Of a stretch of 32,261 nt of DNA, positions 1-7,843 are shown piece after piece. The first letter of the stretch is position 1. Each line of letters starts with the position of its first letter. Under the pieces are notes generated by a model, which ran no database searches, was not told the DNA's origin, and saw nothing but the letters and a program-made list of their open reading frames with translations. Both the position numbers and the translations under genes were made by a program. This DNA comes from a virus (taxonomy: Duplodnaviria > Caudoviricetes). Location: IMG/VR virus record IMGVR_UViG_3300025087_000234, positions 1 through 32,261 of that record; one strand, 5' to 3'.

Positions 1-76
1 GCGTTTTTATTATTTCTTCGTGAATTTCTTTTTGCCTTTCTAAGTAGCAAATTATTTTTTGAATATTTTTTTTCAT
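1..76 (-). CDS. Small hypothetical protein, runs off the window edge
   Basis: ATGA overlap with the methyltransferase stop; reads MKKNIQKIICYLERQKEIHEEIIKT to base 1. Confidence 0.5.
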   Translation of the reverse strand, partial: MKKNIQKIICYLERQKEIHEEIIKT

Positions 77-1410
77 AATTTTACTGCTTTCTGGTTTGTA
101 AGTTGTTCCCAGCGAGCAATTATTACATCAATATATCCTGGGTCTAGCTCCATCATATAACACGTTCTTTCTGATTTTTCGCAGGCTATCAAGGTGCTTC
201 CACTTCCGCCAAATGGGTCGAGGACTATGTCATCTCGCTTGCTACTGGCTTTTAGCGCTTTCTGGACTAGGCGTATCGGTTTCATCGTGGGATGTAGATC
301 GCTTTTGGTCGGCTTCTTTTCTTTCCAAATATCGGTCTGCTCTTTCTTCACGCAAATTTTTCCAGTCACAACTTGGTCAAGCACGATGTGGTATTCACCA
401 AGGCGCAGGCTCATTTTTCCGTCTTCATCAACTTTCGGTTTTAGCTGTTCAAGGTTCTGCCATACGTTGCCCTCATCTCTGTGGCCGACAAAATAATGGT
501 TTACCACGCCGTCTTTCCACCCATACAGGATCGGTTCATATTGGTTTTGCCAGTCCGCTCGGCTTAGCGTAAATGTATTTTTTACCCAAATCAGGAAGCT
601 TTGGAAGTGTCCGCCTGTTTCTTCAAACGCTGTCTTGAGTGTGTCCAGCTCGGTTGAGCTCATGCAAATATACACAACGCCCTCGCAATAATTCAGCATA
701 TTGCCGATTGATAATTTCAGGAAAGTGTAGAACGCCGTCTTCGTCATTTTATCGTTCATGATTCCCTCTCGCTTGTTTTGCTCGTGAGTTCCCATACCGC
801 CTTGGTAGTCAACATTATACGGCGGATCGGTGAATATCATTTGCGCCATCTTTCCTCCCATCAGTTTCTTTACGTCTTCGGCTTTTGTGGCATCGCCACA
901 CATGAGCGTGTGTCTTCCAAGTTTGTACGTATATCCCATTCTCGCTTTCGGATTTTTTGGAGGCTCTGGCTGGAATTCATCCTCGGGGTCTTGCTCAAGA
1001 AGTTTGTCGAGTAGTCTGGTTATTTCACTTGCTTCAAAACCTGTTTTGTCGATATCGTCTTTGATGGTTGCTAAAAGTTGCGCCAGCAAGTCCTCATCCC
1101 ATTCGCCCGATATTCTGTTCATGGCGATGTTCAATGCTTTTTCCCGATCCATTGTCAGGTTTATATATCCGACCATTACTTCCGTGAAGCCTAATTCTTT
1201 TATCGCTTTCAGGCGCTGGTGTCCGCTGATTAAAATATTTCTGCGTTTCGGGTTGCTGTTTAAAATAAGCGGTTCCACAAATCCAAATTCTTCGCCTACA
1301 TTTTTCTTTAATTTTTCAAATTGTGAGGCGCTTATCTTTCTTGGGTTGTATTCGTCTACTCTGATTTTTTCTACTTCCAGTTTTTCAAATTTTTCAATTC
1401 CTTTGTACAT
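73..1410 (-). CDS. ParB-N domain fused to DNA N6-adenine/N4-cytosine methyltransferase (beta class)
   Basis: N-terminal YNPRK..GFVEPL..ISGHQRL ParB motifs; FTDPPY catalytic motif, HPTMKP and DPFGGSGST SAM-binding motif; likely start is the ATG at 1410 because the GTG at 1428 lies in the tRNA. Confidence 0.93.
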   Translation of the reverse strand: MYKGIEKFEKLEVEKIRVDEYNPRKISASQFEKLKKNVGEEFGFVEPLILNSNPKRRNILISGHQRLKAIKELGFTEVMVGYINLTMDREKALNIAMNRISGEWDEDLLAQLLATIKDDIDKTGFEASEITRLLDKLLEQDPEDEFQPEPPKNPKARMGYTYKLGRHTLMCGDATKAEDVKKLMGGKMAQMIFTDPPYNVDYQGGMGTHEQNKREGIMNDKMTKTAFYTFLKLSIGNMLNYCEGVVYICMSSTELDTLKTAFEETGGHFQSFLIWVKNTFTLSRADWQNQYEPILYGWKDGVVNHYFVGHRDEGNVWQNLEQLKPKVDEDGKMSLRLGEYHIVLDQVVTGKICVKKEQTDIWKEKKPTKSDLHPTMKPIRLVQKALKASSKRDDIVLDPFGGSGSTLIACEKSERTCYMMELDPGYIDVIIARWEQLTNQKAVKL

Positions 1411-1425
1411 AGTTTTTTTTATTAG

Positions 1426-1497
1426 CACCCGATGTGCGAATCGAACGCACCGCTTTTTCTTTTGGAGAGAAAACTGCCAGCCTTGGACTCCTCGGGT
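1426..1497 (-). tRNA. tRNA-Trp(CCA), non-canonical D-arm, no encoded CCA end
   Basis: Acceptor ACCCGAG/ATCGGGT plus G73; anticodon arm TTTCT-CTCCAAA-AGAAA; T arm GTGCG-TTCGATT-CGCAC. Confidence 0.7.
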
Positions 1498-1518
1498 AAA
1501 GAGGACTAGCCTCTTTTT

Positions 1519-1614
1519 TTATTTAGCCTTTTTAGCAGTCTTTTTGACTGGCGCTTTCTTTGCGGTCTTGACTGCTGGCTTTGCCGTCTTGACGGCTTTC
1601 ACTGTTTTTCCCAT
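1519..1614 (-). CDS. Histone H1-like Lys/Ala/Pro-rich peptide (31 aa)
   Basis: Hand translation MGKTVKAVKTAKPAVKTAKKAPVKKTAKKAK*; below the ORF-track cutoff. Confidence 0.75.
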   Translation of the reverse strand: MGKTVKAVKTAKPAVKTAKKAPVKKTAKKAK

Positions 1615-1623
1615 TTGATTAAA

Positions 1624-1842
1624 TTATTCGCAGGCGACATTGTTTCTAAAAACTTTGTTTCCTGTCGTTATATAAACACGACCATTGGTCGCTATAAACA
1701 CTTCATCTGTCGTGGTACTGATTTCAAGGCTCAGTGGAACACTCACGGTTGTTTTTGTATATTCAGCGAACGCATATCCTGTTGCGGTCAATATCGCTGT
1801 CGTTATTAAAATTGAAGCTATTCCTAAAAATTTATTTTTCAT
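1624..1842 (-). CDS. Small secreted/membrane protein
   Basis: Signal-peptide-like MKNKFLGIASILITTAILTATGYAFA; ATG at 1842 preferred. Confidence 0.65.
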   Translation of the reverse strand: MKNKFLGIASILITTAILTATGYAFAEYTKTTVSVPLSLEISTTTDEVFIATNGRVYITTGNKVFRNNVACE

Positions 1843-1857
1843 TTTATCCACAGTTTA

Positions 1858-1899
1858 TTATTATATCATTTATTATATCATATTTACCAAATCACGCAA
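1858..1899 (-). promoter_or_regulatory. Sigma70-type promoter with duplicated extended -10
   Basis: TTGCGT-N16-TATAAT; tandem 12-bp duplication ATGATATAATAA (1858-1881), each copy containing TGnTATAAT. Confidence 0.55.
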
Positions 1900-2377
1900 G
1901 TCTTTTCTGTTTATCTTTTATTATGTCGCCGATTGATTTCGTTTCTGCGCTTTCTCTTTTTTTTCTTTCTGGATCATATCCAACTAATTCGTAATATTTC
2001 TCGCCTGCTAAAACCTTTTTATATTCTGCTTCGGTCGCCACACAATCTCGTGCCACCTCTGGGTAATAATCTTTATTTAGCTTTATCGGAACATAGTTTC
2101 CGTTATCATCTATCGCTGTTTCACCTGCCACCACCCATTCGCCGAACCGTCTTATTACTTTTGTGCCGTCATGAAGCACACCTGTTTGTTGTGCTTTTCT
2201 GGCTTCGACATCATCGGCTGTGCTTTTGGGGTAGATACTTTCAATGCGGTTTTTATTGATTACAGTGTTTATTGATGGGAAATGTGCCAGCTGGCTACTG
2301 GTTGCATTTAAGTTTTGATACTCTTGGTCGGTAATCTCAAACCGATTACCATCCATTGTTTTTAAAATCATTGTCAT
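1892..2377 (-). CDS. Hypothetical protein coupled to the replication initiator
   Basis: 161 aa ORF, ATGA overlap with the upstream gene. Confidence 0.7.
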   Translation of the reverse strand: MTMILKTMDGNRFEITDQEYQNLNATSSQLAHFPSINTVINKNRIESIYPKSTADDVEARKAQQTGVLHDGTKVIRRFGEWVVAGETAIDDNGNYVPIKLNKDYYPEVARDCVATEAEYKKVLAGEKYYELVGYDPERKKRESAETKSIGDIIKDKQKRLA

Positions 2378-3120
2378 ATTACAGATGTTATTAAATTATT
2401 ATTTTTTTTCATGGTTGTTTTTGTTAAGTCTTCATCAATAAATTTTCCCACGCTTTCCAGTGTCCATTTAAAATCCGCTTGATCAAGTAAATATTTCATT
2501 GTGATTATTATTCTATTTGGATCATATCCGCATAAATTTTTGGCTGGCCGAACGTGTCGCCTTATAAAAGATTGCTGTTGCTCTTTGTTTTCAAAATATA
2601 TCTTTTTTGCTTTTGCGTATATTCCAATTATTTGAATATGTTTTTGTTTGTCTTTTAAAATGTCTGGGATTATTTCCCCCTCTGCGACATTTGTCGCAAT
2701 ATTATATTTCTTTATCTTCTTATCATTCTTATCATTCTTGTCTGTGTTTTTTTGCTGTTTATTTGCTGTTTTTTTATTGTCAAGATTGCTGTCAACTGTT
2801 TGAAATTCTTCCCAGTTTTTTATCTTACATAAGCAACCTTTTGATGTTTTTTTGATGTCAACCATACTGTCAACTTCAAAGCGCCTTAACCAAAACCAAA
2901 TTGTTGAGCCAGAAATGCCTAAACCCTTACCAAATTCCTCTCTACCAAAGATAAATTCACCGCTTTTTAATTCTATTTGCTTCCTGCCTAAATAAAAACT
3001 TTCATTGTTGTGGTTGGCTCTTAGTAGGCACTCTATCCAACAATGCACGGCTTTGGAGTTTTTATATATCGGATTTTCTCTCAGTTTCCTGTGGAGCTTA
3101 ATCCATCCATTATTTTGCAT
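2374..3120 (-). CDS. Phage replication initiator / replisome organiser
   Basis: N-terminal GWIKLHRKL..ANH..GEFIFGR winged-helix pattern; Lys/Asn/Gln linker with DKN repeats. Confidence 0.75.
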   Translation of the reverse strand: MQNNGWIKLHRKLRENPIYKNSKAVHCWIECLLRANHNNESFYLGRKQIELKSGEFIFGREEFGKGLGISGSTIWFWLRRFEVDSMVDIKKTSKGCLCKIKNWEEFQTVDSNLDNKKTANKQQKNTDKNDKNDKKIKKYNIATNVAEGEIIPDILKDKQKHIQIIGIYAKAKKIYFENKEQQQSFIRRHVRPAKNLCGYDPNRIIITMKYLLDQADFKWTLESVGKFIDEDLTKTTMKKNNNLITSVI

Positions 3121-3128
3121 ATTTTTAA

Positions 3129-3257
3129 TTAAAAAACAAAAAGCTGGTATCTGCTCCTCGTTGGAACACCGTCAAGTAAAAACCAGCGGTTTGCAGATAT
3201 CAGCTTTCTATTTTTTATTTTTGACGGTTTTTTTACAAGCATGGTTTTATTATACCA
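3129..3257 (-). promoter_or_regulatory. Extended -10 promoter, leader ORF and long hairpin (attenuator or antisense element)
   Basis: TGGTATAAT at 3249-3257; 15-bp stem 3140-3154/3193-3207 with T-rich tracts on both strands; loop complementary to 3221-3236. Confidence 0.65.
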
Positions 3258-3284
3258 AATAAAATATTTTATAGCTATCGTTTT

Positions 3285-3743
3285 TTAGTGCATAAACTGT
3301 GTGTCATAATCCGCTGGCTCAATCTCGTTCGGACTCGGGATATTTATGTTTAGGTTGAGCGAAGCCCACCGCCTACAATCCTCCACATACTCGCTGAATT
3401 CGGTTGTAGTCATCGTGGAGGTGCTAACTGGCACAGGGAGCCTCTGGTCGCCCACCATGCCCCTCACGGCTTGTTTCAGGGCATTGTGGACTTCCTGCCG
3501 TTCCCACGGGTTATATCCAATTTCGTCTGCCACCATGGCTACAATTATTCCCCAGTAGTATGAATTCTGGGGGGTTGTGCGTGTTTTTCGGACTTTTTCC
3601 ACGGTCATGCGTATTCTGACTGGTTTGCTGTTGTCTTTTGGGTCTGCCATTTTTGCAATATATTTCAAAAACTTATCACGATCATTCATTTTAAATTCAC
3701 CGCTCTTTAATTCACCGTAAAATATTAATTTCATTTTTGCCAT
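3285..3743 (-). CDS. NinB/DUF1367-like recombination protein
   Basis: RTTPQNSYYWG and STSTMTTTEFSEYVE..W..LNINIPSP motifs. Confidence 0.75.
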   Translation of the reverse strand: MAKMKLIFYGELKSGEFKMNDRDKFLKYIAKMADPKDNSKPVRIRMTVEKVRKTRTTPQNSYYWGIIVAMVADEIGYNPWERQEVHNALKQAVRGMVGDQRLPVPVSTSTMTTTEFSEYVEDCRRWASLNLNINIPSPNEIEPADYDTQFMH

Positions 3744-3747
3744 ATAG

Positions 3748-4284
3748 TTAAAATTCTGGCGTTAGTTCGATTATGTAGTAACCGAATTTTAATTTATTTT
3801 CATTGAGCTCGTTTATGCTGGTGTCTGGGATTTTGAACGTCAGGAGCGTATCAGTTCCGCTATATTTCAATTCCTCCACGGTCGCTGGCATTTTTATGGC
3901 TTTGCATTCTTTTTGATGTTCTTCCATCTGGCGTTTTTCTTCCTCGACTTCTTCTTCCAGCTCGGTTATCTTGTCTTGGTTCTCTGATTCGAATAGCGGT
4001 TTTTGCCGACTGTCTTGGACATCTCGAATGTCATCTTGGAGTCCTGCTATTTTTCGCTCGTATGGTGCTTCGTCAAAAACCATCGCCATGGCGTATTTAT
4101 AATACGTTCTCGGGAGAATATCCTCGACTTTAATTTTCATTTTCCACGACAGTTCTTTCATGATCAGCTGTTGCAAATTGAATTTTGCCTTGATCGTGTT
4201 CGGCTTGATTTCTTCATTTAAAAATTCTTTTGGCGCTTCCGCTTTGGGAGCCACCACTTTTTTCTTTTTCATAATTTTTTGCAT
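3748..4284 (-). CDS. Hypothetical coiled-coil protein
   Basis: 178 aa ORF with a Glu-rich heptad segment. Confidence 0.7.
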   Translation of the reverse strand: MQKIMKKKKVVAPKAEAPKEFLNEEIKPNTIKAKFNLQQLIMKELSWKMKIKVEDILPRTYYKYAMAMVFDEAPYERKIAGLQDDIRDVQDSRQKPLFESENQDKITELEEEVEEEKRQMEEHQKECKAIKMPATVEELKYSGTDTLLTFKIPDTSINELNENKLKFGYYIIELTPEF

Positions 4285-4718
4285 TATTTAATTAAATAAA
4301 CTTGACCGATTTCTCGGAGTTCGCTTTCTCGTATGCTTAAGCGCCCCTGCTCTGCGAATTCTTTTTGTTTTTTTTCCCAAGCCTCTGGCTCCACAAATAT
4401 TGCGTTTTTAGGTCGTCTTGGCACATAAAATAAAACCACAATAAATGCCTCAATGCCCACTAAATACTGGCAATCATACGGTTTTGTGGCCGTAAAACGC
4501 ATTTTTCCGCCATAGAATGTGATCGGCGAATCGACTATCTTGTAATAAAATCCACAGCCGTTTTTTATCGCAAGCAAGTTCACGAGCTGGTGTTCTCTGA
4601 CTGCGTCAAAGCGTATGCTTTTTCCTTTTTCGAGCTTCAATTCAAAGACTGCGCTTCGTGTCGGGTTGTTTTCTTTTAACCAGTTGCCGAAGATGGACTG
4701 GAAGTTTTTTTCAAGCAT
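4284..4718 (-). CDS. RecU-like Holliday junction resolvase (PD-(D/E)XK), permuted motif order
   Basis: MLEKNF, FELK..SIRFDAVREHQ and KPYDC motifs; ATG at 4718. Confidence 0.6.
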   Translation of the reverse strand: MLEKNFQSIFGNWLKENNPTRSAVFELKLEKGKSIRFDAVREHQLVNLLAIKNGCGFYYKIVDSPITFYGGKMRFTATKPYDCQYLVGIEAFIVVLFYVPRRPKNAIFVEPEAWEKKQKEFAEQGRLSIRESELREIGQVYLIK

Positions 4719-4845
4719 GCTTTTTATACAGCACCTCACCGCATACGCAAATCATTAAATTGGTTTGTCGTTTGCACTTCGGGCATGTTTTAAATTTCTT
4801 CCTTAAATCACCTTTTTCTTTTTTCTCAAATTTATTGTCTGCCAT
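4711..4845 (-). CDS. Small zinc-ribbon protein (44 aa)
   Basis: Hand translation with CPKC..CVCG; overlaps both neighbours. Confidence 0.55.
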   Translation of the reverse strand: MADNKFEKKEKGDLRKKFKTCPKCKRQTNLMICVCGEVLYKKHA

Positions 4846-5164
4846 ATTTTTTACTTAAAAATTTATATTCCTGCGCCCAATTTTTTCTCGGGTATCGCTT
4901 TTGTAAATCAACTATATTGGCTCGAGATAATGCCACGTAGCGGTTAAAATCTTTCACCATAGCCACTCCGCTGTTATGCGCCATACAGCATGGTACTATC
5001 GCCCATTTTTCATTTACCTGTTTTCCTGCATAAATCCACGCATGTTCAAATGTTATCCTGCCGTTGCAGTTGTGGTTCGGCGCATCGCTTCGTTCGTATA
5101 TGCAAAACATCATGAACGGGTCTTGCGTTATTTCTTCTCGTAGCTTAATTGGTATTGGTCGCAT
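4832..5164 (-). CDS. His-Me finger (HNH-like) nuclease
   Basis: C..C-G-R-I-T-F-E-H..IVPCCMAHN pattern, within the recombination cluster. Confidence 0.55.
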   Translation of the reverse strand: MRPIPIKLREEITQDPFMMFCIYERSDAPNHNCNGRITFEHAWIYAGKQVNEKWAIVPCCMAHNSGVAMVKDFNRYVALSRANIVDLQKRYPRKNWAQEYKFLSKKYGRQ

Positions 5165-5165
5165 A

Positions 5166-5411
5166 TTATTCCTCCCAGTGATACTGTCGGTCGTTCTCGA
5201 TCAGTTCTCTTATTTGATCTTCTTTTATCACGTGGGTCGGCTCTTTTGAGCCTTTTCTGAATGTGTTTAAAAACACAACAATATTTGTCCGCACTCCGTT
5301 GATGTCGACTCTGCCAAAAAAATAATCTTTTCCTTTTTTATCGATTCGCCTCCACAGCGCCCCGATGTTAAGCGGTCGGCTTTTTTGCCTCGGCTTATAA
5401 GTCATTGACAT
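5166..5411 (-). CDS. Small putative ssDNA-binding protein (DUF736-like)
   Basis: NIGALW..GKDYFFG..VVFLN..K..P motif downstream of the nuclease gene. Confidence 0.5.
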   Translation of the reverse strand: MSMTYKPRQKSRPLNIGALWRRIDKKGKDYFFGRVDINGVRTNIVVFLNTFRKGSKEPTHVIKEDQIRELIENDRQYHWEE

Positions 5412-5413
5412 AA

Positions 5414-6235
5414 TTATTTAAAAAATTTGCTGGCACCTTTTTGCCACTCATACAAATTTTGTGCGCTTAAGAATGAATTAAAATCTCGATCCATTTCCTC
5501 TGGGTCTTCATCTAAAAAAACAGCTTCAAACATTTTGTACGGCGGAATGGTTTTGATTTTTTTCTTTTCCATTCTGACGTAGTATTCAGCTTCGGTTTCT
5601 TTGGCCAGCCGTGTTGCCCATCTGCCAGCAAATTTGACATTCTTTTCTTCCTCTATGGCTTTGGCGTACGCCGAGGTTTGCATTTTAACTTCGGGATATA
5701 GCGCATTGCCAGTCTTGATGTCGACTAGGTACATTTTTTTTCCGATCTGAATTCCGATGTCTGCCGTTCCTACATATCCGTATTGCTTTGAATAAACGAC
5801 TTTCTCAGCCCATAAGAATTTGATTTTATTTGTTTCTACCCATTCAAGAAAGTTATTGACTCCGATCATCACTCGGCTGTCATCTGGCATTTCTGGGTTG
5901 CGCCCCATGATATAGTCTTCAACCCATTTGTGAATTATTTTGCCGAGTGTGGCCGACTCATCTCGTTGTCTGTCTGATTCTTGTTTTGCCATCTCAAGGA
6001 TGTTGTCACCGCTAACTGTGCCGTCTTTTAAAAGATGAATGTTATCTCGCAGGTAATCTACGGTTGTGTTTACTGCCCATGGGATAAGGAACGGCTTGTT
6101 CAGGGTTCCGCAGATCGTAGTTACACCGCACAGTCTTCTCATCTTCGCTTCCTTAATCCAGTATTGATGAAGTTCCTCGTTAAATAAGATTTTTATTTCG
6201 CCGTTATATAGGCTTAGCTCTTTGTAGTCTGGCAT
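5414..6235 (-). CDS. PD-(D/E)XK exonuclease (Cas4/RecE-like)
   Basis: GVTTI..KPFL..W, G..IH..E, E..YVGTAD..LVDIKTG..Q.SAY. Confidence 0.85.
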   Translation of the reverse strand: MPDYKELSLYNGEIKILFNEELHQYWIKEAKMRRLCGVTTICGTLNKPFLIPWAVNTTVDYLRDNIHLLKDGTVSGDNILEMAKQESDRQRDESATLGKIIHKWVEDYIMGRNPEMPDDSRVMIGVNNFLEWVETNKIKFLWAEKVVYSKQYGYVGTADIGIQIGKKMYLVDIKTGNALYPEVKMQTSAYAKAIEEEKNVKFAGRWATRLAKETEAEYYVRMEKKKIKTIPPYKMFEAVFLDEDPEEMDRDFNSFLSAQNLYEWQKGASKFFK

Positions 6236-6239
6236 AGTT

Positions 6240-7037
6240 TTATTGCATTTTCTTCACCTGCGCTTGACACTGTCGGCAAAGATTTCTTTTATAAATTTTC
6301 ATTGAGTAAGTTGCTTCTTGTTTGGTCATCGGGTTTCCGCACTCATGGCACTCTGCCTCTGGAAGTTCAATGTCATCGCTTTTCTGTTTCGGCTGGTTGC
6401 CCCCGACATTCATTTCCTCTATCGATACGCCAGTTTCCAACATCGGCAGTTTTTGGTCTTTGCTCATTTGGAGTTTGCCGAGATTTTCAAGCATTTCTTC
6501 GTGAATTTCAGCGCCGAGGCATTCTTCAATCGCTCTGTTGTGCGCTCTGGTTTGCGCATTGTGGTTTTGGTATCCTGCCAGCGTACTCATCTTCATACTG
6601 GCTGGCGAGCATTCGCCGACTGCCCATTCACCGAGCGGTTGTCTGGTTTCTCTGTCGATTACCCGAGCCTCGCAGATTGCCTTGTCCGTGTCGTTCAGCG
6701 CTCTTTGCACCCAGTTGTACTCTACTGCCCATTTTCCACCACCATATTGTCTTAGTTTTTGCTTTCTACCTAGCTTGTTTATGTAGGCTACTCCGCCGAG
6801 GATGTTCACGCCGAATGGCGAAACGCCCAGCACGTTAGACATTACGAGGATGGCGTTTTTTTGCTTTTGGACTTCCTTACTTTCTGATTTTTCGAGTAAT
6901 TTTGAGCCCCCTGCCCACATCAGTTTTGAGTCCTTTTTTGGCTCCGATTTCTTCGCCAGCGCCTTGACTTGTTTTGTCAGGCTTTTCACTGTTGGCTTTA
7001 CGCCTTTTTGCTTTTCTTTTTTCATACTTTTTTTCAT
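6240..7037 (-). CDS. Putative ssDNA-annealing recombinase with C-terminal zinc finger
   Basis: Directly upstream of the exonuclease; AQTRAHNRAI helix; CHECG..YS..LCRQCQ tail. Confidence 0.55.
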   Translation of the reverse strand: MKKSMKKEKQKGVKPTVKSLTKQVKALAKKSEPKKDSKLMWAGGSKLLEKSESKEVQKQKNAILVMSNVLGVSPFGVNILGGVAYINKLGRKQKLRQYGGGKWAVEYNWVQRALNDTDKAICEARVIDRETRQPLGEWAVGECSPASMKMSTLAGYQNHNAQTRAHNRAIEECLGAEIHEEMLENLGKLQMSKDQKLPMLETGVSIEEMNVGGNQPKQKSDDIELPEAECHECGNPMTKQEATYSMKIYKRNLCRQCQAQVKKMQ

Positions 7038-7239
7038 TTAAAAATTTAATTAAATTTTCACCTTTTATCCTGTAAGTAGTTCCGTTACCCTCACCGAATA
7101 TTTTTACACAAAGCGCTTCCCTCTCTATCAGCACAAGTTTTAAATATGAGTTATACGATCTTATCCATGGAAAAGCATTAAGCTTTAAAAGGCCATATAA
7201 ACTGTATTCTTTTTCGTTTTCTATTTCTCTAATATTCAT
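6877..7239 (-). CDS. Putative DNA-binding regulator (excisionase/winged-helix-like)
   Basis: First gene after the operator-containing promoter; YSL..PW..GEGNGTTYRIKGENLIKFL; ATG at 7239. Confidence 0.5.
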   Translation of the reverse strand: MNIREIENEKEYSLYGLLKLNAFPWIRSYNSYLKLVLIEREALCVKIFGEGNGTTYRIKGENLIKFLNEKKYEKRKAKRRKANSEKPDKTSQGAGEEIGAKKGLKTDVGRGLKITRKIRK

Positions 7240-7277
7240 ATGTTTAGTTTTGCACAATTATAGTCACATCTTTTATT

Positions 7278-7306
7278 ATCTTATCATTTGTTATAACATT
7301 TGTCAA
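7278..7306 (-). promoter_or_regulatory. Sigma70 promoter P2 with palindromic operator
   Basis: TTGACA-N17-TAAGAT with TG extension; TGTTATAACA at 7289-7298. Confidence 0.85.
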
Positions 7307-7307
7307 A

Positions 7308-7481
7308 TTAAAATAATGTTTGTTGCGGTATTATCTTTGTTACCGATCCTTGTATAAAGATTTTCTTTTTACGCTTTGGGCATTTATGGCTTTGGGCATA
7401 ATAAAACTGGCCGTTGTTCTTTTTCGGTATTGGCTCGTTTGTTAATATCATTTTTACTCGATAACATCTCGGACAGTCCAT
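7308..7481 (-). CDS. Small Cys-containing protein (57 aa)
   Basis: Hand translation MDCPRCYRVKM..HKCPKRKK. Confidence 0.5.
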   Translation of the reverse strand: MDCPRCYRVKMILTNEPIPKKNNGQFYYAQSHKCPKRKKKIFIQGSVTKIIPQQTLF

Positions 7482-7485
7482 TTTT

Positions 7486-7839
7486 TTATTTTACGCCCAC
7501 CAATATCGCTGGCGGTAATTCTATCTCTTTGTTTTTGGGCTTCCATAAATGGAAGCAGTATTCATGGTTGTTTACGTATTCGCTTTTTTTCGGGTGTATC
7601 TGAATGACCGTTTCTTCGTCACCCCAGAAGATTTATTTGATTTTGCACATTTCTTCCCACGTCAGCGCTCTGCTCGGCAAAGACACGCTTACATGCTCCC
7701 AGCCCATGCCATCGCTCGCTACCACCGTATAATATTTTCCACTAATCCCGATCGGGATATAAAACACTCCGTTGTTTCCAAAACTTTCATCGCTTGCCAG
7801 TCTTCCACTTCGGACTCGGCATTGATTTGGTACATTCAT
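7486..7839 (-). pseudogene. Conserved phage protein (WEHVSVS..HP..EYVN.H..C.HLW family) with in-frame TAA
   Basis: TAA at 7633-7635; the same frame continues IFWGDEETVIQIHPKKSEYVNNHEYCFHLWKP to TAA at 7486. Confidence 0.75.
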
Positions 7840-7843
7840 GGTT

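Noticed and set aside
1426-1497. tRNA as an attP/prophage boundary
   Set aside because: No integrase, no duplicated tRNA 3' end and no flanking host genes
2715-2800. Iteron-like repeats inside the replication gene (TTCTTATCA copies, TTTGCTGTTT twice)
   Set aside because: Could be a lambda-type origin, but the repeats are short and explained by the DKN/KQ low-complexity linker; not enough support
5414-6235. Cas4 as part of a CRISPR system or mini-array
   Set aside because: No repeat-spacer array or other cas genes seen; context is a recombination module
7633-7635. Stop-codon reassignment (alternative genetic code)
   Set aside because: TAA, TAG and TGA all end genes immediately before the next start, long genes are intact in code 11, and no suppressor anticodon was found; this is a single case
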